Source: Chrysochromulina tobinii
Lineage: Eukaryota
Length of the DNA: 37,221 nt
Assembly (NCBI GenBank): GCA_001275005.1
Contig: JWZX01002403.1
Location: 1 to 37,221, forward strand
Direction: 5' to 3'
Both the position numbers and the translations under genes were made by a program. Of this stretch, positions 20,701-29,218 are shown in pieces. The notes under the pieces are model-generated. The model was not told the origin of the DNA, ran no database searches, and worked only from the letters and a program-made list of their open reading frames with translations. The first letter of the stretch is position 1; every line of letters starts with the position of its first letter.

Positions 20701-21052
20701 CGGAGGCGGCCGGCGGCGCGCGGGTCACCGGCGTCTCCAGCGGTGGCGAGCGGCTGCGCATTGACGATGCCGCCGTGCGCGGCACCGAGTCGCGAGCTGA
20801 CTGCCCGCCAACGGGCATGTCAGGCGATCCGGGCGAGTCACTGCTTCTCGTTGCACCGCCCATGGGCACCGCGACCATCGGTGGCGGTTTAGGCGCGCTG
20901 GAGCTCAGCGATGAGGCTCCTTTGGCCATCTGCGCCTCGGCGGCCATTCGGATCTGTGCCGCGGCCTCTGGCACCTGCTGCCTCTTGGCCTCGTTTTTGT
21001 TGTGTGCCTGCTCCCATTTACGTGCAGCGTTGGGGTTGGCAAAATTGAACAT
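14780..21052 (-). CDS. 2090-aa protein: low-complexity N-terminus, one C2-like domain, very long coiled coil
   Basis: Uninterrupted 6.3-kb ORF. C2-like segment RLSIRIGGARELK...RPYVTAFL...SSPVWNERHVMPL...LVLVLMD...DVALAQARV (~19400-19950), followed by an A/E/R-rich helical rod. Confidence 0.8.
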   Translation of the reverse strand: MFNFANPNAARKWEQAHNKNEAKRQQVPEAAAQIRMAAEAQMAKGASSLSSSAPKPPPMVAVPMGGATRSSDSPGSPDMPVGGQSARDSVPRTAASSMRSRSPPLETPVTRAPPAASASTASSSTGARLAGSGPTSAASSFGRGSAPSFAPSPPLLPSASSSAAKSGPTSAASSFGRGGSAPSFTPTGQPTLLVPGVMPGVMPGAANAEPQSVDHQTDEARRREQEQQRAEREAAEAASKRVQQQREQQREQLREQQQQAEREAQARAREQERAREREKDDAKAKEETEALRVEAEAHRKKQQEAAKEAAAAVAIAAAAVKAPLPIAPSVGGVAGAPQVRRPAQAMTDLMGRELGRFSPALQTSVTHLRRLSIRIGGARELKVGPDGKLRNDSGAGATKPGQLRPYVTAFLVGSTGKRLEGRGMVLETSAPKPHLSALESSPVWNERHVMPLSTEALAQLSGHLTPQGSAAALGGSSAALVLVLMDAGSGRTGWLGGALGGARPDVALAQARVEWNLLATSNMFEKEFELPLLDEFGRKTGATLSVRAELVDLQACQTEISTLNARLSGARQAISQLVEQRRAADVRLGHEVRMMTTEMELDARQAASSEAAGIMRAMQSQLLEFVEAEEKLCSDVEAQMESEIGESLGALDGAVEASAELLHPEKGFYAAEAPLLHQAIAFGLKTGTSELISYAQQASLRLVRIVGDGHSAALSLCEARLHQATDYQVFLHREAMERARVAAAVWSGMPAAMVREELAHAQSSWSVRQQGLRAEALAAAAMMHGALVELKLGHDDEGVVRRERQQRNDETLRAILGDFVTWMHAETARAQAEHDEAASRFQEITAEKLGALERIGEGRVALAKAGLERIESVVAESASASAAEAAVCDQIAAEEARTRVLLLEEVHGRRLNVMCRWIADTEEEARGLAEAAQVQEKAAAAEARKVGDELGAISQVEARSRDMEERARREHIEAVARMHAEVGPQFTRLEAAYEHKMHAIRAELAALSSAAISEHVSTVRGNMSEVVELASRLRAKSAARRADVGAKLLVMHLEHIEQSSIANAIKLQGAYEEAVHSVRLAHFKTGTATEISLLRQRHQTLTAFHGIASGAFEASWERERAQLLAENAAIELGRHALVRQHVALAERQTLDHYTLMAEQYDKWADAEAADVAARAAAEARLAHWRREEPGRTRAEQVELHRRGVLSGSAMLQAETERFVAARREAAEAATIRIEEETALADELVRSAQREWRQQVREGMLADTEAHHEGLLASELLAHSEAIERADATVRRMHELREMTSAALDGRAFRQLLARQQHETIVRMANERADRAVAKMKAAHEAARRVADETVTKVAAAEEKAHEALLKAAAESSNLLEQHCSLHSARLERAARERHQKAMGAYDAARASAGAELRQVRAAALRGQDAELQLQAEEEEALSAQVAAVVASARVAHAETLEKTHEAMEELTAAWLAEHEASFREGEASAIEWQAKSSERFVRQLASTWCRQRVHYANLCRDLQRARRDAFEGRRAKRAEAMYRLEGSLAAEQAETDAATVAARRALAQEARRTPAKVMHAAQRALDHLAVKKITKTVATLERRYQMAVKDEKAVVDAVSAQLDASTRLTAEQLQELSAAGTKAVGPAPGAFVTQVLGGALASTAPDKAEWLEHWEAEEAGAMRDAVDKAVADGLLARRARAREAALDDATRAAAREATERRKAMAEAVQRLQADDAKLEAESANPLTLQKEHVAQFEVAWDARALGQHAAAEELMRFYTNNAKRVMPEAAARREAFTAARFTPETSLEAAFVAYATRAQVQRLVADEALESEAAFYQASQALEARHAAELAQVIKETRARREAQLERELERTASQLDMQIVKLSGPQLVHATVALAEKAANANDRASLKRLQTHYQLLNAAKGAAKEALASARSAGALNTARSRLELALAEAETRVRHIERQVEEYGGSPLSSMAPRPLPPSPPSPMSPGESSRPSLVPSARPAPGAKPPRRKAADELAKKRQEIAEESDEATGATPSKSAKGGRAASAGKQRPAPPSPAAKASPAASPAKNKAPGGDKGAARAASAPKVRPGK

Positions 21053-21409
21053 CGCTGACGCGGGAGCGTCGGACTGTGCGTGAGCGCAGCCAGCCGGCTG
21101 GACAGGAACCCTTCACCTGTCCAAACTTTGTCACGCAATCATCCTCATCAGTGTTTGTCATCTTCTCAAATGTGATTACATATGATTATAAGGACAGACA
21201 GATCAGTCCAGGAAGGCGTTGGCTTTCGGGATGAATATACCGTGCAAATGAATTCGTTCATCACAAGGTGCCCACGTTTAGCATTTGTGCATTTGCGATT
21301 CAGCGGTCCGTCGGACTCCCCGGCGCGCTTCAGCTGCCCCTACTTGCGAGAGTGAAGGCGAGCGAAAGCTCACTTTTGCCACCGCGCCCCCTCGCAGAAT
21401 ACGATCGGC

Positions 21410-22787
21410 ATGCCGTCCAGGTCGGGAAACGGCACGAAGGTGCGAAGTTCCCCCATGAACGGCACGCCCACCACCATTGAGCGCGCCCTCGAATCAATCA
21501 CGCTCCTCTCAGCGTCGCTCACCTGCGACTTCGCCGTCGCTTCGTCAGGTGCCGCAGTCGCCGATGCCGGGCTCTGGCTCGGTCACCGCGGGAGCACTCT
21601 ATGACAAGTGCCTGCACGCCGCGCCGCCTGCTGGCGGGTGGTTCTCGATCCTCGACACTGTGACTCGGCTGAGCCTCACGCTGTACGCCTTCTACCGGTT
21701 CCTGCTGCTGCGGCCCTTCTCGCTGCTCTACTTCGCATGGGGCTACAACAGTCTCTGGTTTGGCAAGATTCTCGGCGTGCTCCTCACGATCAACCTGCCG
21801 GTGCTGCCCTTTGCTTTGTGCGCCATGGAGTTGCTCAAGCGCATCAACGAGAAGATGCCATGGGCGGAGACGGACTGGAAGCTGAAGGGACCCGGTCGCG
21901 TCTTCTTCGTGCGCCCAGACACCCTGATCGCCTCGCTCTTCTGGGACTTTTACATCGCCAACTCGGTCTTTTGCGGCTCGTTCCTGCAGTTTGGAACCGA
22001 CCGCGACGGGTTGGCGCATACATGGTACGACTGGATCTGCAACAAGGAGTACTGGCTCGGGCTGCTGGACGAGGCGGAGGCGCGCCGCCCGCGCCAGCTC
22101 GCCAGCTGGGATGGCGAGAAGGCCAAGGCCGAAGGACCCGGCCCCGAGTACGGCAACTCGGACCTGGTCTCGAAGATCAATGACTCGTACCTGGGCATTG
22201 GCGACAAGAAGCTCAAGCGTGGCAAGGCGGCCGGCGGTGACTTCGACACGCTCGCGGACATCCAGGCGATCCTCGAGGCTGACCCCGCCTACAAGGGCAA
22301 GAAGGCCATCCTGACCGAGTTTATTGTGCCGACGGAGTCGATTGTGCTCTCGTCGGACGGCTTCAGCAACGTGCACTCTCTCGACATCATCACGATGCGC
22401 ACCAGGGAAGGGGTCAAGGTCCTTACCGTGCTGCTCTGGACGGACTGCGAGGGCTGGTCCTCGCACTCGTGCACCGCCGGCTACGTCGTCGATGTGGAGA
22501 GCGAGACAATCGTCGCGCCTACCGCCTGGTACTCGCCCTACTTTGCCAAGCAGAAGTCCAACCTGATCGGCAAGATGCTGCCCGGCGTCAAGCTCGCGTG
22601 CGAAAAGGCAGTGGCCGCGCACTCCGCCTCCAAGCTGATGTGGCTCACCACAGTCGGCTGGGACGCGATGATCACGCCGCACGGCGTCTTCTTCTTTGAG
22701 GGCAACGTTGCCGCGCATCGCACGCCGCGCCGCATGTTCCTCACACCCGATATCTGCGCCGAGTTCATCAAAGAGCGTGGCTATTGA
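21410..22787 (+). CDS. ATP-grasp-fold protein (sugar-transfer-associated ATP-grasp-like) with an N-terminal hydrophobic segment; probable exons 21410-21439 and 21549-22787
   Basis: Motifs SKINDSYLGIG, AILTEFI, HSLDIITMR and TTVGWDAMITPHGVFFFEGN (GWD...EgN). The intron AAG|GTGCGA...TCAG|GTG (21440-21548) supplies an in-frame ATG. Strong GC3 bias. Confidence 0.65.
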
Positions 22788-23539
22788 ACACCAATATATT
22801 GAGCACAGCCTTCGGCGCATGCTCTCTACGACCAACCATTTCAGCCCCGCACATGAGATGTGCCGCGCCCCGCGGCGAGACCATGGTTGTATCTGCGCCG
22901 AGCTCATCAAGGCGCGTGGTACTGATCGAGGCGGAAGGACACCGGCCTTGGGTGTTATTGGCGAGTAGCTGGGGTTTGTGGAAGAGAGGGCCACGATCGT
23001 GCTGCTGCCGCAGGGCCGCAGCATTGAATGCCCGCTGATGGCTGATGCTGTGGAATCATACTTTCACAACGTTGAGTTCATAATTACGTGTGCCTGTGCG
23101 GAGGGTACGAGGGTGGGTATAGGGGGCGGGTGCGGGGGCGTGCGCCTGGAGTTCGAAAGGCTTTCGGAGTTGGGCGAGTGACCTGTGCGGCTGTGAGTTT
23201 CGAATAGGCAACATTGTGAGACGTGGTCACGTGTAGTTGGTAGGCGGCTCTCTGCGGGCTTGCTTCAATTGGCTTGCTTCAGAGGGGTCGCACAGGGACA
23301 GGCCGTCCGCGACCGCGTTGACGGGTGGCTCCGCGCTCCGGCGACAGCGCGGAAATACTACACCGCTTGGCCCACTTGCGGCGGTTCTTGCGACTGAAAG
23401 AATGGCCTTTGTGTGTCGCGCCGATCGTCACGCAGCGTGCTGTGAGCGTGCTGTGGGGAAAGCGTGAAGTTGATTCATCAGGAAAATGGGCGTGTGGGAT
23501 GGAGGCTCGGAGGCGCCGACGACAATCCGTGAGCTAAAA

Positions 23540-25000
23540 ATGCGGCTTGCAGTGCTCATTGCCTCTCTGTTCGTCGCGTGCGAGAGTGCGGCGTGCAATG
23601 GCGATGCGACACCCGGGCCGCGCAACCTCAATCCGATCGACACAGCTCCGCCTAAATTCGTGAAGCAAGTGCCCAATGGCAAACTCTACACGGTCGGACC
23701 GGAGGGCGACAAGAAGGACTTGATCCACGTGTGGGGCAGCCCGTACGAGAACGGGTACGCCGTTGGGCAGCTCATGGGTCCCAAGGTCACCAGATTCATC
23801 ACTGAGGTGTACGACTACCTTGAGGGCCAGATTGTGCACAACGTTGCCAACGCGACGTGGTGCGCCCAGTTCCCTACTCGCTGCGAGGGGTTGAAAGAAG
23901 TGATGAAGATGGGCCTCGAGGCGGCGCTCAACTTGAGCTACCACCAGACCGCGCCCTACATCCAGCCGTATGTGATGGAGGAGATTCAGGGCCTGGCCGA
24001 CAGCACCGGCGTGAGCGTCACCGACATCCGCGACGTGCATTGGCTCGGCGAGATCACTCGAGGCGCGTGCAGCATGTTCGGCGCTAAGGATAGCGCGACG
24101 CAGAGCCGCGGCGGCAAGCTGCTGCAGCTGCGCGCGCTCGACTGGGACGTCGATGGGCCCTTCCGAAACTTTGCCACCATCGTCGTCTACCACCCGAACC
24201 CGGGCAACGGCAACGCTTGGGCCAACCTCGGCTTCACAGGCTGGATGGCCGCCATCACCGGCTTCAGTGAGCAGCAAATCGGTATGTCTGAGATCGGCGT
24301 GTCGTTCCCCGACGAGTCCTTTGGGGCGGAGACATACCTGGCCAAGGGCTACCCCTTCGCCTTCCTCATCCGCGATGTGATCCAATTCGATAGCACGCTC
24401 AGTGCGGCCACCAAACGCATCACTGAGGCGACCCGAACTTGCGACCTCCTTTTAGGAGTCGGCGACGGCAAGAGCAACGACTTTGCTGGCTACCAGTACT
24501 CGCCCAAGGTGGCGAACGTCTTCAAGCCAGAGAACCCCGCCGTGTGGACCTACAACGCTACGTGGCACCCGCCCATCAATGACGTCGTCTACTGGGGGAT
24601 GGACTGGTTGTGTCCCAACGACAACACGATGCTCTCGCACCAGCTCCAAAAGTACCACGGGCAGCTCACGCCCGAGATCACCATCTCCGACATCACCTCG
24701 TACGTGCGCACGGGCGACGTGCACATCGCCGTCTATGACCACAGCGCCATGGCCATGTACGTGGCCACCGCACGCCCCGACGGTTCTTCCGGGCCGCTCG
24801 AGGCCTACCAGCGCCAGTTTACCAAGCTCGACATGGCTGCCCTCTTTGCTGAGCCGCGGCCGCAGGGCATCCGTGGCCTCGCGCAGGCCAACTGCATCCA
24901 AATCGGCGGCGAATGCTGCGCGGCGCCCGGGGGCGACGTGCACAAGTGCCCTGTGCGGACGAGCGACTGCGAACCGATTGCCTCGTGCTGCTGCGACTGA
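23540..25000 (+). CDS. Secreted/lysosomal Ntn-hydrolase (acid ceramidase / peptidase C45 / Dictyostelium Dcd1-like) with a Cys-rich tail
   Basis: Signal-peptide-like MRLAVLIASLFVACESA; VWGSPYENGYAVGQL; autoprocessing site RGA|CSMF (Cys at 24068); LLQLRALDWD; ITGFS. Confidence 0.85.
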   Translation: MRLAVLIASLFVACESAACNGDATPGPRNLNPIDTAPPKFVKQVPNGKLYTVGPEGDKKDLIHVWGSPYENGYAVGQLMGPKVTRFITEVYDYLEGQIVHNVANATWCAQFPTRCEGLKEVMKMGLEAALNLSYHQTAPYIQPYVMEEIQGLADSTGVSVTDIRDVHWLGEITRGACSMFGAKDSATQSRGGKLLQLRALDWDVDGPFRNFATIVVYHPNPGNGNAWANLGFTGWMAAITGFSEQQIGMSEIGVSFPDESFGAETYLAKGYPFAFLIRDVIQFDSTLSAATKRITEATRTCDLLLGVGDGKSNDFAGYQYSPKVANVFKPENPAVWTYNATWHPPINDVVYWGMDWLCPNDNTMLSHQLQKYHGQLTPEITISDITSYVRTGDVHIAVYDHSAMAMYVATARPDGSSGPLEAYQRQFTKLDMAALFAEPRPQGIRGLAQANCIQIGGECCAAPGGDVHKCPVRTSDCEPIASCCCD

Positions 25001-25619
25001 TGCACGCCACTCAGAATATGGCGAACGCGATACTGTGTAGAGGCCGCCGCGAGTGCATCCCCAAAGCATGATCATGAGCATGTATTGAAAGAGATCGCCA
25101 TGACTTTGCCATGCACCATGAATGCGATATGTCGGAGAGTGCGGCCTTGTGGAGCAATGGAGCATGGGCACACTTGTCGTTATGACGGGCGGGTGGCATG
25201 CACACACCAGACGAACTTCCGTTGTTCCGTACGATGTCGTAAGTGTATACTGGTTGAGGGTTTAGCCGGATTCGAGCCGGATCAAAAAGAGAGAACACGC
25301 CGCACCCCGCGAAATATTTTTATTGATTATTCGCTCCAAAAGTTGGTCCGAGCATGAGCGCGATGAAACGTGCGCAAAAAGATTAAAATAGCCACATTGA
25401 AAGCTGACGCTATTTGATTATTTTCATATTGACGCAACATGCGAGTCCATCCCCAAATGCGGACAGCCCTCCGACGGCGTCCCCGAATCTATAAATACAA
25501 AAGCCGGAATTAAGGAGACGCCGGAAGGTCATCCTCGTCAAACCCATGCACGAATAGCTGGGGGGCTTGCTGCCCCCCCACAGTCGGTGGTGAAGCTGCG
25601 CTACAGCACGCACCGTCGG

Positions 25620-26564
25620 ATGATGCTGGCGCAGGAGATCATCGATCGCTGCTCTGAGCTCGAGTTCAAGCAGCAGCAGCAGCAGGAACAGCACGGTGCA
25701 AGCAGTTCTGCAGCCAAACTCCTGCCGTCCCAGATCGGATACATCGAGTACATGCGCCAGGGCAAGACCGCCGCGCTCACGGACGGTGCGCGCCAGAACG
25801 ATCATGCCTCCCACGCGGAGTTGAATAAGCTCCGCGCCCTCCCATGCAACTCGACGTGCTTCGACTGCACAGCGCTCAAGCCAGGCTGGGCTGTGCTTCC
25901 GCATGGCGTGTTCATATGCATCGACTGCGCGCAGACGCACCGCGACATGGGTCGACATGTGAGCCAGACGAAGGCGATCGACACCGGGACCTACCTTTGG
26001 TATCCTGCCGAGCTGGCCGTCATGCGCGAGGTGGGCAACACCGTCGCGGCAGCCGCGTTCGCCGAGTTCAACCTGCCGCGCAAGCCATCGAAGGATGCGA
26101 AACCTGCCGAAAAGCTCGCATACTCGCAAGCCAAGTACAGCCGCGTCTCGCCTGACTTCGTGGCGGCCGCTGCACGCCTGCGTGCGGCCACTCCCAGCGC
26201 GGCCCCCCCTTCGTTGACCGCTGCTGCTGCTGCTGCTGCCGCCACTCCGGAGGCTCCTGCCGACGCCTCCACGGGGAAGACCGTGCTCGGCCGCTTCTTA
26301 GCTTTTCCGTCTTCCTCGTCCTCGGCGGCCGATGCCGCAGCGGAAGCGTCCGCTGCCACTACCACCGCTGCCACCACGGCACTACCTTGGCGTCGACGTC
26401 GAGCCACCACCACTGACACGTTCGACCTGAGCAACCTTGAAGATGCCTTGCAAAAGCCACAGTCGGCTTCCTTTAAACCCGCTCCAAGGATAGACGAGGG
26501 CATGATCGAGCTCATGGAGGCGACAGGTGCCTACCGACATCGCCCCAGATACAACACACAGTGA
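25620..26564 (+). CDS. ArfGAP-domain protein
   Basis: Intact CX2CX16CX2CX4R motif: CFDC-TALKPGWAVLPHGVFI-CIDC-AQTH-R, followed by W...EL..MREVGN and AKY. Termini are uncertain. Confidence 0.9.
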   Translation: MMLAQEIIDRCSELEFKQQQQQEQHGASSSAAKLLPSQIGYIEYMRQGKTAALTDGARQNDHASHAELNKLRALPCNSTCFDCTALKPGWAVLPHGVFICIDCAQTHRDMGRHVSQTKAIDTGTYLWYPAELAVMREVGNTVAAAAFAEFNLPRKPSKDAKPAEKLAYSQAKYSRVSPDFVAAAARLRAATPSAAPPSLTAAAAAAAATPEAPADASTGKTVLGRFLAFPSSSSSAADAAAEASAATTTAATTALPWRRRRATTTDTFDLSNLEDALQKPQSASFKPAPRIDEGMIELMEATGAYRHRPRYNTQ

Positions 26565-26567
26565 AGA

Positions 26568-26799
26568 AGACGGCCAATCCCACTGCAGCCTCCTCTTCCG
26601 TCCCTCGAGAGCCGACGAGGCCTTCGAGAGGGGAGCGAGTGTGGGTGACAGTGGGGCCTCAAGCCAAGGGACCTGAGAGTACCGGGCGGGGCATGGGGGG
26701 GGCAGCGAAGAACAGACGGCCAATCCCACTGCAGCCTGTCCTCTTCCGTCCCTCGAGAGCCGACGAGGCCTTCGAGAGGGGAGCGAGTGTGGGGCCTCA
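26568..26799. repeat. Two near-identical ~78-bp direct repeats (period ~146 bp)
   Basis: AGACGGCCAATCCCACTGCAGCCT..CCTCTTCCGTCCCTCGAGAGCCGACGAGGCCTTCGAGAGGGGAGCGAGTGTGGG at 26568 and 26714. Confidence 0.9.
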
Positions 26800-26820
26800 T
26801 TAGGGTTAGTGTTAGGGTTA
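26800..26820 (+). repeat. Interstitial telomere-like repeat
   Basis: TTAGGG TTAGTG TTAGGG TTA. Confidence 0.7.
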
Positions 26821-26941
26821 CGAGACTCCTGTTAGCTGTTTACGTATTCGTGTGGCTCCACGAGCGGCGACTTTGGGAAATTAATTTCCGAAAGTCTAGC
26901 ACGAGTCAAGAGAATTCATAGGTTCACGGAGGAGGCGCAAG

Positions 26942-28983
26942 ATGTCCTCGAGACTACTTCATGCCAAGCCGACGCGTGACGTGCGCTCGGGCGGCAACGG
27001 CACACGTCACAGCGGCGGATTCGAGGGCAAGGCGACGCGTGGCAGCGGCGGCGGCAAGCGGCGCGGCGGCGCGGCAGTCGCGGCGAGCGGAAAGCTCCGC
27101 GCAGCACTCGTGCTTCATGGCAAGCTCGGCGGCATTGACCGCGGGCAGGGCTGGACGCGGGCAGTCGACGGTGCGGAACCTACCATCGATCTGGCCGTGA
27201 TCTGCTACGCGGGCGCCACGCGCCACATTGTGGAGGCGAACCGCGCTGAGGCGGCGATCGACATCTTTGGTCACTCGTGGAGCCCAGAGATCGGCCAGGC
27301 GCTGGACGCACTCTGGCAGCCGCGCGCGAGCGTGCACGAGGCGGAGCCGCGCGCGCGCAACCGGCAGCTGTGCCTAACGGTAGGTAAGATGCTCCATGAC
27401 GCCACGAGCGACGGATCGGGCGTTCACGGCGCGCCGTTCGCAGGATTCGGAGGTGTCGGACGTGGCGCCAACTCGTGTGAGCGGACGGCGAACCATCTGC
27501 TCGGTATACAGCGCGCAATCCAGCTGAAAGCGAAGCATGAGGGCCGGCACGGCTTCAAGTACGACGTCGTCCTCGTCTCGCGATGGGACGTGCTCTGGAG
27601 CCGCCCGCTGATCCTCAGCCGGCTCGACCTCTCGCAGCATGCATTCACTGTGCCCACATTTTGCACGCATGCGCGTGGCGTCGACCGCCAATCGGACGTT
27701 GAGAAGCAGCTGAGCGCCTTCCGGAAGCTCGCTTGCGGCGGCGAGTCGAGTGCCGGCCAGCTGCCCACCGCAGCCACCGCGTGCCACCCCTCGCACCGCC
27801 CGTGCCAGCCTGACCTCTCACCACGCGCCAGGGAGTTCTACCTACTCGACTGGTGGTTTGCATCGGACTCTACAGCCGCGGACGACTTCGGCACCGTGGC
27901 CGACGAGAAGCTGTACGCCAACTATACGCTGCTCAACCAGGAGCATCTCAACTCGGCGCGCAACAGTCGGCCCACTATCATGGGTCACGCCTACTGGGGT
28001 CTTCACATGGTATGTGGCGCACAGCGGGCCCTGGATGACTTCACAGCGTTGCCCTCGGCGACTTCACAGCGCTGCCCTGGATGACTTCACAGCGCTGCCC
28101 TGGATGACTTCACAGCGTTGCCCTGTGCCTCGAGGCCGCCCGCCACCCTTTGCCTTGCGACCGCCCTTCCCTCTCCCCTCTTCCATCCTGCCGTTCTGCC
28201 TCGCGCCTCGGAGGGGATGGTCTCAGATGGCCTCTGATGGCCTCGGATTGTTGCCTTCCTAATTGCATGCAGGTGTGGGGGCTGCGCGCACCTCTGCGCT
28301 TCGATGGGATGGTCGGGCACGACTTCTCCCTAGGGCGCGCGTATGAACGCTCTGGCTGCCGCGCGATGCGCCCTAATTGTGCGGAGGACTCTTGCACCGC
28401 CGCCGACGTGCTTGCCCGCCCTTGGCACAAGGAGAGGGGCGGTCTGCCGACGATGCCGGCGCGGCCCGCGCCGACCTACGCGTACGGCGGTGAGCAGACG
28501 CGCCGCTCTTGCGGAGAAGGTTACTTCACTTGCTCGAAGCGATCCCGCATGTGCAAAGAGGAGGAGGAGGCTTGGGAGCCCATGGACCGTGATGTGACGC
28601 GCCGGGCGTGGATTGCGTGCACCGCGGGCATCTGTGCCCGGGCCGGTGCACATAAGTACTCGGCGCGCTGCGCCGGCGCTGTCCTGGGCGCGTGGACAGC
28701 CGTCTGGCGCAACTCTCCCGCAGCTGACGGAAACCACTCGGCGGTTTTGCGTGACGCTGGGTATCACGAGGGCACGGCTCTGGGCTGGACAGACCCCGCG
28801 CATGCGCAGGCCGCGTTGGCCGAGCTGAGCGCGCTCGCGACGACGCTGTACAAGTCGGCGAGCGCGCTCGGCTCGGCGCCGCCCACGGTGTCGCTCAAGA
28901 CGCTGCTGACGGAGTGCAACAACCCAATGGCCGCACTTGCCAACAAGAAGGGCAAGGCCGGCGGAACTGGGATGGTGGCATAG
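26942..28983 (+). CDS. Hypothetical protein with glycosyltransferase-like family motifs; exons 26942-28009 and 28273-28983
   Basis: RAALVLHGK...HIVEAN...IDIFGHSW...IQRAIQLKAKHE...FKYDVVLVSRWDVLW. The intron ATG|GTATGT...TGCAG|GTG joins ORFs 26942..28084 and 28150..28983 in frame (WGLHM|VWGLRAP). Confidence 0.65.
28028..28125. repeat. Intronic minisatellite, 4 x 23 bp
   Basis: GCCCTGGATGACTTCACAGCG(T/C)T at 28028, 28051, 28074 and 28097, inside the predicted intron 28010-28272. Confidence 0.9.
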
Positions 28984-29218
28984 ACGGCGGGATCGTCTCC
29001 TTGTTGCAACCCAATCGCGATGTTGGTGGAGAGGGAGTGAGTGTGTGGTAAACGGCGATAAGTCAAGTCAAATCTGACTTGACTTGACGGCGATACGTCG
29101 AAGGCTCGTCCGTCCAAGACTGAACCCCCTGTGGACCGTTCCGTTGTGAGATTCAATCACTGTGAACACTACAGTAACGTTAGTGTACCGGTAATTTGCA
29201 ACGGTCGCAACGCGAGCG

